Positions 13,495 to 27,413 of a DNA stretch of 64,000 bases are shown here, in pieces. Source of the DNA: Octopus sinensis. Its lineage: Eukaryota. The notes beneath the pieces are model-generated. The model did not search any database. It had not been told where the DNA came from and saw only the letters and a list, made by a program, of their open reading frames with translations. A program made the translations under genes and the position numbers. The stretch covers positions 4,898,001 through 4,962,000 of the forward strand of contig NC_043021.1 of the NCBI RefSeq assembly GCF_006345805.1. The letters are read 5' to 3'. How positions within the stretch are numbered: the first letter of the stretch is position 1; every line of letters begins with the position of its first letter.

Positions 13495-14085
13495 TAGTTG
13501 CTACCCAAGGAACAAAAATCATGTTGCACAGTGTAATCGATTTAAGTAGTGACAATGCAGGGCTTGTGATGGCGAAGCAACCTCTATAGTGTTGGTGCCA
13601 CTGTAATATACATCCACACTACATTCTGGAAAGTGATTGGTGTCAGAAATGGCATCCAGCCATAGAAACCATGCTTAAAATAACAGTTGCTACCCAAGGA
13701 CAAAATATCATGTTGCACAGTGTAATCGATTTAAGTAGTGACAATGCAGGGCTTGTGATGGCGAAGCAACCTCTATAGTGTTGGTGCCACTGTAATATAC
13801 ATCCACACTACATTCTGGAAAGTGATTGGTGTCAGAAATGGCATCCAGCCATAGAAACCATGCTTAAAATAACAGTTGCTACCCAAGGACAAAATATCAT
13901 GTTGCACAGTGTAATCGATTTAAGTAGTGACAATGCAGGGCTTGTGATGGCGAAGCAACCTCTATAGTGTTGGTGCCACTGTAATATACATCCACACTAC
14001 ATTCTGGAAAGTGATTGGTGTCAGAAATGGCATCCAGCCATAGAAACTATGCTTAAAATAACAGTTGCTACCCAAGGACAAAAAT
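13495..14085. repeat. 189-bp tandem repeat, about 3.1 near-identical copies
   Basis: CTACCCAAGG recurs at 13501, 13690, 13879 and 14068. Confidence 0.95.
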
Positions 14086-14632
14086 TTTGTTACAGAGTGT
14101 AATAAAGGGCTGAAATGTCAATATCTATCTTGACCCTTTTTTTTTTTTTTTTAACTTAGTGTATGGTGAATTGAATTTGAATGCAGTCAGCTCTTTAGTT
14201 CAGCAATGATGATAATAACAGTTTCAAATTTTGACACAAGGCCAGTAATTTCAGGGGTGGGAGTAAGTCAATTGCATTGACTCCAGCACTTGACTCACAC
14301 TTATTTTATCGACTCCCAAAAGGATGAACAGCAAACCTGACTTCAGTGAAATCTGAGTTCAGAATGTAAATGGACGAAATGCCACTAAGAATTTTGTCTG
14401 GTGCGCTAATGATTCTGCTAGCTCATTGGCCTCTCTTTTACTTGTTTCAGTCATTTGACTGCGGCCATGCTGGAGCACCGCCTTTAGTCGAGCAAATCAA
14501 CCCCGGGACTTATTCTTTGTAAGCCTAGTACTTATTCTATCGGTCTCTTTTGCCGAACTGCTAAGTGACGGGGACATAAACACACCAGCATCGGTTGTCA
14601 AGCAATGCTAGGGGGACAAACACAGACACACA

Positions 14633-14670
<38 letters not shown>

Positions 14671-15651
14671 TACGACGGGTTTCTTTCAGTTTCCGTCTAC
14701 CAAATCCACTCACAAGGCATTGATCGGCCCGAGGCTATAGCAGAAGACACTTGCCCAAGATGTCACGCACTGGGACTGAACCCGGAACCATGTGGTTGGT
14801 AAGCAAGCTACTTACCACACAGCCACTCCTGCGCCTAATAATAATAATAATAATAATAATAATCATTTTCTGTTATAGGAACAAGACCTGAAATTTTGTG
14901 GGAGAGTGGGGGGGGGCTAGTCAGTTATATCAGCCCCAGTGCTATACTGGTACTAATTTCAATGAACCCAAAAAGATGAAAAGGTAAAGTTAATCTCAGC
15001 AGAATTTGAACCCAGAATGTAAAGACGGATGAAATGCTGCTCAGCATTTTGACCGATGTGCTAATGCTTCTGCTCAAACGTTGGTCAGCAATTTGGTCAA
15101 ACAAGGTCGGCAATTTCGAGGTGGGAAGAGGAAATCAATTGCATCGATAAAAGGATGAAGGACAAAGTCATCTTCGATGCCATTTGAACTCAGAACATAA
15201 AAAGTCAGAAGAACACATTTCAGCAAAAGAAGCCTAAACACTTCAAGGCGGTGCCCCAGCATGGCCGCAGTCAAATGACTGAAACACGTAAAAGATAGAA
15301 AATAAGTTTATTGTCAGGAAAAGGAGAGCGAAATTTTTCTAAGTGTAGAGATCGAAAACTAAGGGAAACAACTCTTTTACTATAAATGTAAGAATAACAT
15401 CCCTTGGAAAAAATCCAGATTTACTTTCTCTTTTACTCTTATTTGTTTCAGTCATTTGACTGCAGCCATGCTGGAGCACTGCCTTTAGTCGAACAAATCG
15501 ACCCCGGGACTTATTCTTTGTAAGCCTAGTACTTATTCCATCGGTCCCTTTTGCTGAACCGCTAAATTGCGAGGACGTAAACACACCAGCATCTGTTGTC
15601 AAGCGATTGTGGGGGGAACAAACACAGACACATACACACATGTATATATAT

Positions 15652-15691
<40 letters not shown>

Positions 15692-16235
15692 CGACGGGCT
15701 TCTTTCAGTTTCCGTCTACCAAATCCACTCACAAGGCTTTGGTCGGCCCAAGGCTATAGTAGAAGATACTTGGCCAAGGTACCACGCAGTGGGACTGAAC
15801 CCGGAACCATGTAAGTATGCTACTTACCACACAGCCAAAGTTATAAATCCGTCTCTCTGCACCATCGTACCAACGATCGAGCCCTCAGGGTTTCCACAAC
15901 AAGCGCTGACCATTGCAATTAGGACGGGAAACGTTCTCAATGTAAATAACAGCAGGTCATCTCATACATCACCAAGTCCTGCATCATACACACAAAGCTA
16001 GACCGCGATTTTCTTGTAAAACAAGCATGTCTGTGTGAATACGTAGTATGCTTCGCACCGTGTGGCTTCTGGTTCAATCCCACTGCATAACATCGTTTAG
16101 TGTTTTTCTACTACAACCTCCGCGACCTGACTACGCTTTGTAAGTGAAATCTAAGATACGCTATCTGCTAATCTGGGACAAAGACCACTTCGCTCAACAA
16201 ACAAACAAACAACAACAATAACAATAACAATAATA

Positions 16236-16376
16236 TAAGGTTGTCCCAAAAGTTCGTAGAAAGTCTTGGAAAATAATGGTCTTTATTTTGAGGAATAATT
16301 TTTGTTGTTTTTGTTAGTACTTGGCGAGTAAAAATTCAATTTTCGCAAGTGTTTAAGAACTTTTGGGACAACCTAA
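16236..16376. mobile_element. Short mariner-like MITE
   Basis: AGGTTGTCCCAAAAGTTC / GAACTTTTGGGACAACCT terminal inverted repeats, TA flanks. Confidence 0.75.
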
Positions 16377-17482
16377 TAATAATAATAATAAATGCCCTGA
16401 TGCAATACTAGGCACTGTCTCTCATGGCTTCTGATCTTAACTGGTTAGACGTTTTAACACGCACAATTTGTCTTGATATAAAAGATGGGCTACAGCAAAT
16501 ATTCTGCTCAATACCACAGATTTGCTTGTCGGTTACTTGACCTGAACCACTTGAGCATGTCCCTTAGTGGCTGGTGATACGTGCATCTCTGATCATGAGA
16601 AGGTGTAGTAAGAGAACAGCATAGCTGTGTGATGAAAGGGATTCTTTGGGGTTTGAATGATTCACTCCAGGAAACATGGGTGTTTTGTTCATCATCCTTA
16701 AACAACCCTTATTTAGAGACCGTCTGAGCAGGAGAGGGTGAAGAAAATTCCAACTGGGCCCCACCTGCTGTTTATCTTCATATGAGGTCACCATGTTGAG
16801 TACTTATGGTTGTGATGCACTTGTCTGATGTACCCTTATCAGACAGGTAGTTGTGATGGTTATATTGGGCTTCATGGACGCGCAATGGCCCAGTGGTTCG
16901 GGCAGCGGACTCGCGGTCATAGTATTGCGGTTTCGATTCCCGGACCGGGCGTTGTGAGTGTTTATTGAGCGAAAACACCGAAAGCTCTACGAGGCTCCGG
17001 CGGGGGGTGGTGGTGATCCCTGCTGTACTCTTTCACCACAACTTTCTCTCACTCTTACTTTCTGTTTCTGTTGTACCTGTATTTCAAAGGGCCGGCCTTG
17101 TCACTCTCTGTGTCACGCTGAATATCCCTGAGAACTACGTTAAGGGTACACGTGTCTGTGGAGTGCTCAACCACTTGCACGTTAATTTCACGAGCAGGCT
17201 GTTCCGTTGATCGGATCAACCGGAACCCTCGTCATCGTAACCAACGGAGTGCTTCCACATTGGGCTTCGTATATTTGTACCTGTGTCACTTCAATGGCAT
17301 GTGTTTCCTTCTCATTCAATAATAATAAAAATAATAATAATAATAATCCAGCAAAGAAGATGTTAGAAAAAACACAAAAAAACAAAACACATTTTCATTA
17401 ACATAATTTTTACTGTAATTTTTGCTGTTTCGTAATAAATAACAAAAAAAATCAAAATATAATTTTATAATTGTAATAATTC

Positions 17483-17526
<44 letters not shown>

Positions 17527-17733
17527 TACTCTTCCATTGGCCCAAGACCACCAATTTGGACAGAGAGAGGTGTTGCTGATTTAACACATATGCCTTCCCA
17601 TCCGACTCAAGGTCAGTGAAAGGCTAAGCCAACCAAGGCCGTGAGATTTTGAACTGAGAAAATTTAAAGAAACATAACTAAGTACAACTAGGAATTTAGC
17701 CCGGCGCTTTTCTGGTTCTGCCATCCACTGCCC

Positions 17734-17766
<33 letters not shown>

Positions 17767-18052
17767 GAGGGTGGTGGTGATGATGGTTTCTTAAACAGGT
17801 GAAGCATAAGAGAAAGCAAGAGCTAAGTATTTTTTGCCCAAGGATTTTTACTGGATAATACAGTAGTGTTGCCGAGAGCGAGGCATGAACTCGCAAACAC
17901 CCCCATGGTGGTGGCATAGCAAGTTGGATATTTCAGTAGACTTTAGTCAAACTCAGCTGTTACAAAATTCACAACAATATTTTGTAACAGCCAGAGAATA
18001 GTCATAGCAGTAATAGAAATTGTAGCAGTATTAACAATAGTAGTAGTGGTAG

Positions 18053-18087
<35 letters not shown>

Positions 18088-18318
18088 TAAAAATAGCCCT
18101 TTCTACTATAGGCTCAAGGCCTGAAATTTTGGTGGGCGGGGAGTGGGGTCAGTCAATTTCATCGACTCCAGTGCTCAACTGGTACTTATTTCATCAATCT
18201 CAAAAGGATGATAGGCAAAGTCAACCTCGGTGGAATTTGAACTCAGAACGTAAAGACTTGGTGAAATGCCACTAAGCATTTTGCCCAACATGCTAAAGAA
18301 TCTTGCCAGCTGACCACC

Positions 18319-18353
<35 letters not shown>

Positions 18354-18467
18354 TGTTGTAGTAGTAGTAGCAATAGTTGTAAAATGGTGGTAATAATATT
18401 AATAAATAAATAGAAAATATAAAGTAAAAGCTAAAAAAAATTACAAAACATATCATCATCATCATCA

Positions 18468-18640
18468 TCACATTCTTTTGTAGAAATAGAGATAGCCAAG
18501 GTCTTTGGGTGGGTGCTCAGACAGTGCAACCTTCTCGTCGTTGTATATCACCCAACGGTCATCCTTCAAGATGTGACACACATAATGTCCCACCAGTGTT
18601 GACGTTCCCATGTGACTGATAAAGGCCACTAGTTTGTATT
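18468..18640 (-). CDS. USP5: USP5 last coding exon, His box: [56 protein letters not shown]
   Basis: 173 nt, TTTTCCAG acceptor, TGA stop at 18470-18468. Confidence 0.97.
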
Positions 18641-18846
18641 CTGGAAAAGAAAAAACAAAAAAAAACAATATAAATATATATAGACGCAGGAGTGGCTGTG
18701 TGGTAAATAGCTTGTTTACCAACCACATGGTTCAGGGTTCAGTCCCACTGGCGTGGCACCTTGGGCAAGTGTCTTCTACTATAGCCCCGGGTCGACCAAT
18801 GCCTTGTGAGTGGATTTGGTAGACGGAAACTGAAAGAAGCCCGTCG

Positions 18847-18879
<33 letters not shown>

Positions 18880-20273
18880 TTGTGTGTCTGTGTTTGTCCC
18901 CCTAGCATTGCTTGACAACCGATGCTGGTGTGTTTACGTCCCCGTAACTTAGCGGTTTGGCAAAAGAGACCGATAGAATAAGTACTGGGCTTACAAAGAA
19001 TAAGTCTTTGGGTCTAGTTGCTCGACTAAAGGCGGTGCTCCAGCATGGCCGCAGTCAAATGACTGAAACAAGTAAAAGAGTAAAAGAGAGTAGACACACA
19101 GTATATGAAGTGCATTCCAGAAGTTTTGAGACTTTTTTCAGGAGAAGCAGTTTTAGCTGTCCTGATATTATTGTAATTTTAATATATCATTATTATACAT
19201 CTAATGTGGAGGCGCAATGGCCCAGTGGTTAGGGCAGCATACTCGCAGTCGTAGGATCACGGTTTCAATCCCCAAACCGGGCATTGTGAGTGTTTATTGA
19301 GCGAAAACACCTAAAGCTCCATGAGGCTCCGGCAGGGGTTGGCACTGAATGGTGATGATGGCATACACACAATTATCATTATTTCAACATCTTGTGGGAC
19401 GAGGTACTTATAGGAAGCAAAAGAGAAATAAAAATGGAGCATGGTACCTAAAACGGTGATCAAGAAGAGGAAGAAGTATATGGTACTAAGATCCGATCGT
19501 GGCCGTTGCCAGCCTCGCCTGGCCCCCGTGCCAGTGGCACGTAAAAAGCACCATCCGATTGTGGCTGTTTGCCAGCCCCGTCTGGCACGTAAAAAGTACC
19601 ATCCGATCGTGTCCGTTGCCAGCATCGCCTGGCCCCCGTGCCAGTGGCACGTAAAAAGCACCATCCGACTGTGGCCGTTTGCCAGCCTCGCCTGGCCCCC
19701 GTGCCGTTGGCACGTAAAAAGCACCATCCGATCGTGTCCGTTGCCAGCCCCATCTGGCACCTGTGCCAGTGGCACATAAAAAGCTCCCACTACATTCACG
19801 GAGTGGTTGGCGTTAGGAAGGGCATCCAGCCGTAGAAACACTGCCAGATCTGACTGGGCCTAGTACAGCCTTCTGGCTTCCCAGACCCCAGTTGCAGCAT
19901 CCAACCCATGCTAGCATGGAAAGCGGATGCCAAATGATGATGATGATGATGAAAGGCTGAGCGAGAAGTGAGAAAGAGAGGGTGGTACTTAAAAAAGGAG
20001 AGCGAGAGAAGGGATATGGTAGAGAGAAAGGTGAGAGAGAAAAGAAGGGCAGGAGGGAGAGCGAATGGTACTTACTTCCTGATCCATCACTGTAGATGTG
20101 TCCTTCTTGTCGCTCGTCACATGATTGTGATGTTGACAGAGGCTCAGGTTCAGAGTTCATCTCAGCATCCAACTCAGCTGTGTGGCTGAGGACCCAGTCG
20201 ACAGCCCTTTCTACATTGTTGTCCTGTAGATGGGAAAGATTCATAAGTAGAGAAGTCAGCAAACAATGAAGAG

Positions 20274-20314
<41 letters not shown>

Positions 20315-20957
20315 TGGAAAGTGAAAGAGAGAGAGAAAAGAGAGTGCAAAGATGGGAAGAAAAGCAAGCAGCATTAAGAGGGAGGGAGACAAATAGAAAG
20401 TATGAAAGACAGGGAAAGCGAGGAAACCAGAAAAAGAAAGGAAGACGAAGAAAGACGTGAAAAACACAGAATGAGAGATTGAGAGAAAGCAGAGGAGAGT
20501 AAGAAGGAGAGGTGAATAGGAGGGAGCAAGAGAGAGAGGGAGAGAGAAAGAAAGACAGAAAAGACAGTAAAGACAGTTTAGAAGGAATGAGAGAGAGAGA
20601 GAGAGAATAGAGAGGAGGTACTAGAGAGAGAAAGATGAAAGAAGCAATGGAGAGTGACAGAGAGAGACAAAAGAGAGGAAGAAACGGAAAGAGAGAGAGA
20701 GAGAGAGAAAAGAGAGGAAACAATGGAAAGAGAAAGAGAGAGAGAGAGAGCAGAAAAAAGGCTGAAAAGCAGACAGGAAAAGAGGAAATTCCGAAAACAG
20801 AAACGATAAAGAGAAAGAAAGACAGAAAAGAGAGTAAAGACAGTTTAGAAGGAATAAGAGAGAGGGAGAGGAAGAGAGAGAAAGACAGGAGGCAACAGAA
20901 AGTGAAAACTGAAAGAGAGGAGGTACTAGGGAGAGAAAGATGAAAGAGGCAATGGGG

Positions 20958-20992
<35 letters not shown>

Positions 20993-23039
20993 AAAGAGAG
21001 GAAGCAACGGAAAGAGGGAGAGCAGAAGAAAGACAGTGAAAAGCAGACAGAAGAAGAGGAAATCCCGAAAACAGAAGCGACAAAGAGAAAGAAAGAAAGT
21101 GACACACACACAGAGCAGAGAGAAGGAGAAAGAAAGAAAGAGAGAAACACACAGAGAGCAGAGAGAAAAAGAAAGAGAGAGAGAGAGAAAGAGAGAGTGA
21201 TAAGTGTACATACGGTGGCTTTCATGGCTTTAATGGCCTGGTTTCGGCTAAAACCCATTGACATTATGATGGCTAAAGAGTTCTCATCAGGACAACTGTC
21301 TGTAGAATTACTCTGTTTATTACTAAGGAGTTCAAGTGGAGAATCAAAATCTGGAAGGCAAGAGAAACAGACAGACATTGGACCCTTTTTGTATTCAGAT
21401 TATCCTGTCAGATGTTCTGCTAATCCATTCAGCATTGTTTTGGATTATCGTGCATTATCTTGGAGCTTTGAAGATTTCAATGATGTGATTGTAATATTTT
21501 TAGAATGACATTGTAGGGTAAGTGTGAGAGGTTGGATATGGCCAGTTTGAACGTTAAAGGGTTAAATAGAGTGAGTGAGTGAGTGTGAGTGTGTGAGTGT
21601 GAGAGAGTGAGTGAGTGAGTGAGAGTGAGTGTGTGAGTGTGTGAGTGAGTGAGTGAGTGAGTGTGAGAGAGTGAGTGTGTGAGTGAGTGTGAGAGAGTGA
21701 GTGAGTGAGTGAGTGAGTGTGAGAGAGTGAGTGAGTGAGTGAGTGTGAGAGAGTGAGTGAGTGAGTGTGAGAGAGTGAGTGAGCGAGTGTGTGAGTGAGT
21801 GAGTGAGTGAGTGAATGAGTGAGTGTGTGTGAGTGAGTGAGTGAGTGAGTGAGGAGGGAGGGTGTGAGGGTGTAAGTGTGTGTGTGTGTGTGTGTGTGTG
21901 TGTAGGCCCACAAACAGAAACGTTTTTCAAACATCAGTTTAACATCCACTTTTATAAGCTTGCATTGGTTAGATAGAATTTATTGAGGCAGCTTCTCTAC
22001 AGCTGGATGCCTTTCCTATTACTAACCCTCACTTGTTTCCAACCAAGGTAATACTTTCCCAACCACATGGTTTCCAAGTTCAGTCCCACTGCAGGACACC
22101 TTGGGCAAGTGTCTTCTACTATAGCCTGAAGCCAACCACAGCCTTGTGAATGGATTTGGTAGATGGAAACTGAAAGAAGCTCATCGTGTGTGTGTGTGTG
22201 TGTGTTTGTTCCTCACTGCACTGCTTGATAATTGGTGTTGGTTTCTTTATGTCCCTGTAACTTCGCGGTTTGGCAAAAGAGACTAATAAAATAAGTACCA
22301 GGCTTTAAAATAAAGTGTTGGGGTCAAATAATTCAACTAAAAATTCTTCAAAGTAGTACCCCATCACAGCCACAATCTAATGATTGAAACATGTAAAAAA
22401 TAAAAGATATATATATATATATATATACATATATATATACTATAGTCAATATATATATATCTAATGTAGGATAAAATTTTTCAAAAAAAATTCTATCAAT
22501 GGTCAGCATATTAAAAAATACCTTTAAAGGTTAAATTTATAAACAATTTATAAGTAAGAGCAAAAGAAAACATTTTGAAAATATGCTGAAAATAGAAATA
22601 ACGTCAACAACATGTAATTTATCACTACAAGCACGCGTTTCAAAGGAAGCCGACAGAAATTTCTAAAAAATCCCATTATTACCATATCAAACCTAATTTC
22701 AGAGTTAGTTTATAAGAACCTTCCCTTCATCAGTGATAAATGCGGCAAAGAAATAAGTGAAATACCTACTTATACCCATGGAAGAAGTGAACACTAAGTC
22801 ATGAGCACAATTAAGTACCTCAAATATATCCAAAATAGAAACTCTCTGGCCCATCTCGAGACACGCGCGATTCGAACTAAAAATTCTCGTAAAGTGAGAG
22901 AGTCCGGAAGTGAACACCATTAAATTAACATCTAATGTAGGATAAAGTTTTTCGAAAAAAATTCTATCAATGGCCAGCATATTAAAAAATACCTTTAAAG
23001 GTTAAATTTATAAACAATTAATATTTATATTAACTATAG

Positions 23040-23070
<31 letters not shown>

Positions 23071-24091
23071 ATCAATCAATATAGGGTGGCAAAAAAAATT
23101 TTGCCACCCTATATTGATTAATTATGAATTTTCTGGTTAATTCCGTAATGGAATCGACGGCTTATATTTATTTGCTGCCGATAAATTTGGCGCGAGTGCG
23201 ATGATTTGAAAATTTTAGGTCAGATATTACCTTGGCACGGTCGGAAATGCCTCGTGAAAATATCTGTTCCGACTTGTGGCTATTTCTTACTGAAGAATCT
23301 GAGGGCCTATGGAAGATTGGCTTGATTTAATTTAATCAGGTTAGTTTACCATGAAACAGCAGATGAAACGGTGCATCGTATAAGAAACTACAGGGTAAAT
23401 GTTTTTTAAATTTTCTCCTGTTTACGGAATTGACTTTTATTTGCGGTTGAAGCTTTGGCTGTTATTTCTAGTGGGTGAATGGCCTATTATGGCCGTTCCT
23501 TGATTGTTGATATATATATATATATATACTATAGTTAATATATATACGTATGTGTGTGGTGTATGCATTAGTGCACATATGCTTTTGTGTTATAGTGTGT
23601 GTGTGCGTACATGCATGCATGTGTACATGAACATGTGTGTATCTTCTTCATTTTATTTACCTGGATCACTCATATGTTCCATAACCCAGTTAGTTGCAGC
23701 TTCCAAACCATTGTTCTGAGTATAGTAAACACCCTTCTGGCAGGCCTCGAGTGGAAAACCCATGTCTAAAAGCTGAGAGACCAAACTGTCATCAATCCGA
23801 ATCTCTACAAAGAAAAATAAAGACGAAATAGAGGATGAAGCAAATAACAATGATTATTTCTACTCTTGGCACAAGGCCTTGAAAATTTTCGGGGGGAAAG
23901 GGGCTAGTTAATTACATCGACCCCAGTGCATAACTGGTACTTATTTCATCGACCCCAAAAGGATGAAAGGCAAAGTCGACCTCAGCAGAATCTGAACTCA
24001 GAACGTAAGCAGCAAATGAAATAAATCTAAGCATTTTACCCAGCATGCTAACAATTCTGCCAGCTCACTGCCTTAAATAATAATAATAATG

Positions 24092-24127
<36 letters not shown>

Positions 24128-27100
24128 GCTTCAAATTTTAGCACAAGGCCAGCAAATTCAGGAGGAATGTGTTAGGTGATTCTATTGACCCCAATGCTGG
24201 ACACCCAAAAGGATGAAAAGCAAAGTTAACAATGGCAAAATCTGAACTCAGAATGTGAAGAGCTGGAAGAAATTCCGCTCACCACCTTGATGATGATGAT
24301 GATGATGATGGTGATGGTGGTGGTCATGGTGGTCGTCATGGTGGTCGTCATGGTCATGGTGGCTGTGGTCAAGGAAGGGGGGTTAATTTTGGCACAAGAC
24401 CAGCAGTTTTGGAGAAGGGGTTAAGTCAGTTATAGCTGGTACTTATTTTATCAACCCCAAAAGGACAAAAAAATTTTTTTTAAATCGACTTCAGCAGAAT
24501 TTGAACTCAGAATGTGAAGACAGATGAAATGCCGTTAAGCATTTTGCCCAGCATTTTCTCTTATTTCTCTTATTTGTTTCAGTCATTTGACTGCGGCCAT
24601 GCTGCAGCACCACCTTTAGCCGAAGAAATCAAACCCAGGACTTATTGTAAGCCTGTATAGAAAAAGGCAGACGAAATACCTATTTCTTTACTACCCACAA
24701 GGGGCTAAACACAGAGAGGACAAACAAGGACAGACAAACAGATTAAGTCGATTATATCAACCCCAGTGCGTAACTGGTCTTTAATTTATCGACCCCAAAA
24801 GGCAAAGTCGACCTTGGCGGAATTTGAACTCAGAACGTAGCAGCAGACAAAATACCGCTAAGCATTTCGCCCGGCGTGTTAACATTTCTGCCAACTCACA
24901 TGCTAATAACTCTGCCAGCTCTATAATTGTTTCTGATTAAGGCACAATGCCAACAATTTCAAAAGATGGGATGAGTCAACCCCAGTATTTGACTGGTACT
25001 CTATTTTTTATCAACCAGAGAGGGATGAAAAGTAGAGCTTGCTTTTATTTCAATCAGACAAAATGGATGAAGCCGGCAGAGCTAAGAGCTTTTGTTCGAA
25101 GGTTTAATACCAAGGCTTGAACTCCTGCTCTGAATGCTATGTTGTCCGGCACCTTATCTCTGCAGCTACTTTTAACATCAGAAATCATCCTCATTGTTTA
25201 ACATCCATTTTTCCATGCTGGCATGCATTGGATAGTTTCACAGGAGCTGACAAGCCAGAAGGCCGCACCTAACTCCAGTGCCCATTTTGACATGGCTTCT
25301 ACAGCTGGGATGCCCTTCCTAATGCTAACCCCTTCTCAGGGTGTACCAAGTGCTTTTTACATGGCACTGGCACTAGAGGGATCACCAAGTAACTCACAAG
25401 ATAAGACACTTCAACTGAGTAAGGAGTATACTAATGAAGCAGGTAACTTTATGGCAGATGATGAAAAGGGATAGAGGGATAGAAACAGGTGTTTTACAGT
25501 AGAGAAGACACAAGTTGAAAAAGGAGAGAAGATGGTAAGAAGGTGTCTGAGTGTTACACGAAAGAAGATGAATATAAGGGAACATATAATTATGTGTCAG
25601 ATCCTCTGAAAATCGAATAGGGACAGAAAGTGGGGTGACTTTTTCTTCTCAAGAGATAAAAGTCTGACTTGGTTAGTTTGGGGCCTTTCACTTTCCCCTC
25701 TAAAATGTTGATAAACCGGTTGGTGAATAGGTGTTACTGACCAGGTTCTGTAGATTCTGTGGGCAATTCTTCTTCCCCTGGCAACAAGCCAGTACCTTGG
25801 AGACCGGTCAAATCTAATTCATCAGGAATGTCCATTGACACATCTGAAAGGACAGAAAGAGAATGAGAAAGAGTTACATTTAAAGAGGATAGTATGAAAG
25901 AGAATGGATGAGTGATGAGAGAGAGAAAGAGAGGGAAGAAAAGCAAGAGAGGAGTGCAATAAATGCTTAACCCCTTACCCGGCAGAAACGAATATATGCA
26001 TTTTGACCGAAATCGTTTTTTTCTATCTCTGGCGAGTTAACTCGTCAAAAGATAAAACAATTAAAAAATATGTCTGAAAAAATACATTTATTTTCAAAAT
26101 AATTGTTGGGCAAGGGGTTAATAATTAGTCTTAACACACACACACACACACACATATCAGGTCTTCCCATAAGTTCTGTTCGAATAAAGAAAATAAGGGA
26201 TCAAATGTTATATTCAATTGAAATTTAGTCATCAATGTACTTCCCCTGATTATCTATGACTTCTTTTCATCTATTTACAAGCTTTTTAATTCCATCAATG
26301 TAAAACTCTTTGTACATAAGGTGTTAAAATTCTGACACCTTCAGCATTCAGATTACTCAGGTAAATAATCATGTAATGCTAATTTATTTACATTATTTTG
26401 CAGCTTTGAAATTTCAGTGACAGAGTGTTTATTTTTAAAATGACATTATAGGGTAGGTGGGAGAGACCAGATCTGGCTGGTTTGAACATAAAATACATAG
26501 AATATTTGGGTTGAATGTGGTCAGTTTAAATGCTAAAGGATTAAAGTGAATTTAACAGCTTCATCTGTTCTGAAATGGCTAGAAGAGGTGTTCTGTGATG
26601 TAAATGCTTCAGTCTTAATACACAGGACGAAGGACTAAGTCAGTGGCTGGACAAATACAATTCCAAAGAAAGAAAAACTTCAAAACAGCAAATTTACAGT
26701 AGAAAAAAAAACACACAAACAGAGGCGCAGGAGTGGCTGTGTGGTAAGTAGCTTGTTTACCAACCACATGGTTCCGGGTTCAGTCCCACTGCGTGGCACC
26801 TTGGGCAAGTGTCTTCTGCTATAGCCTCAGGCCGACCAAAGCCTTGTGAGTGGATTTGGTAGACGGAAACTGAAAGAAGCCCATCGTATATATATATATA
26901 TATATATATGCGTGTGTGTTTGTGTGTCTGTGTTTGTCCCCCTAGCATTGCTTGACAACCAATGCTGGTGTGTTTATGTCCCCCGTTACTTAGCAGTTCG
27001 GCAAAAGAGACCGATAGAATAAGTACTGGGCTTACAAAAGAATAAGTCCCGGAGTCGAGTTGCTTGATTAGAAAAGGCGGTGCTCCAGCATGGCCGCAGT

Positions 27101-27377
27101 CAAATGACTGAAACATGTAAAAAGAGTAAACAAGAGAATAAAGAGGAGAAGAGAAGCAAAATAATAATAATAATAATAACTGAAAGGTACTTACCTAGTT
27201 TTTTAGGGACCCAATCATTTCCAATAATGAATTTATTCAAATGTACCATTAGATAATTAGGGAAAGAGGCAAATCGCGTGGTTCTGGAGTTTTCGAGGAG
27301 AGAGCAGCATGGAGAGATAGGGGAAAGAAAGAGAGAAGGAAAAAATTAAATAATATTAATACACTAACTTTTTGTTT

Positions 27378-27413
<36 letters not shown>

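Noticed and set aside
13501-14085. 189-bp repeats as a CRISPR-like array or a 63-codon repeat protein
   Set aside because: No unique spacers, eukaryotic context, and stops in the frames
25734-25742. Alternative 5' splice extension of exon 16, analogous to the long human USP5 isoform
   Set aside because: Read-through of the GTCAGT donor hits TAA after two codons
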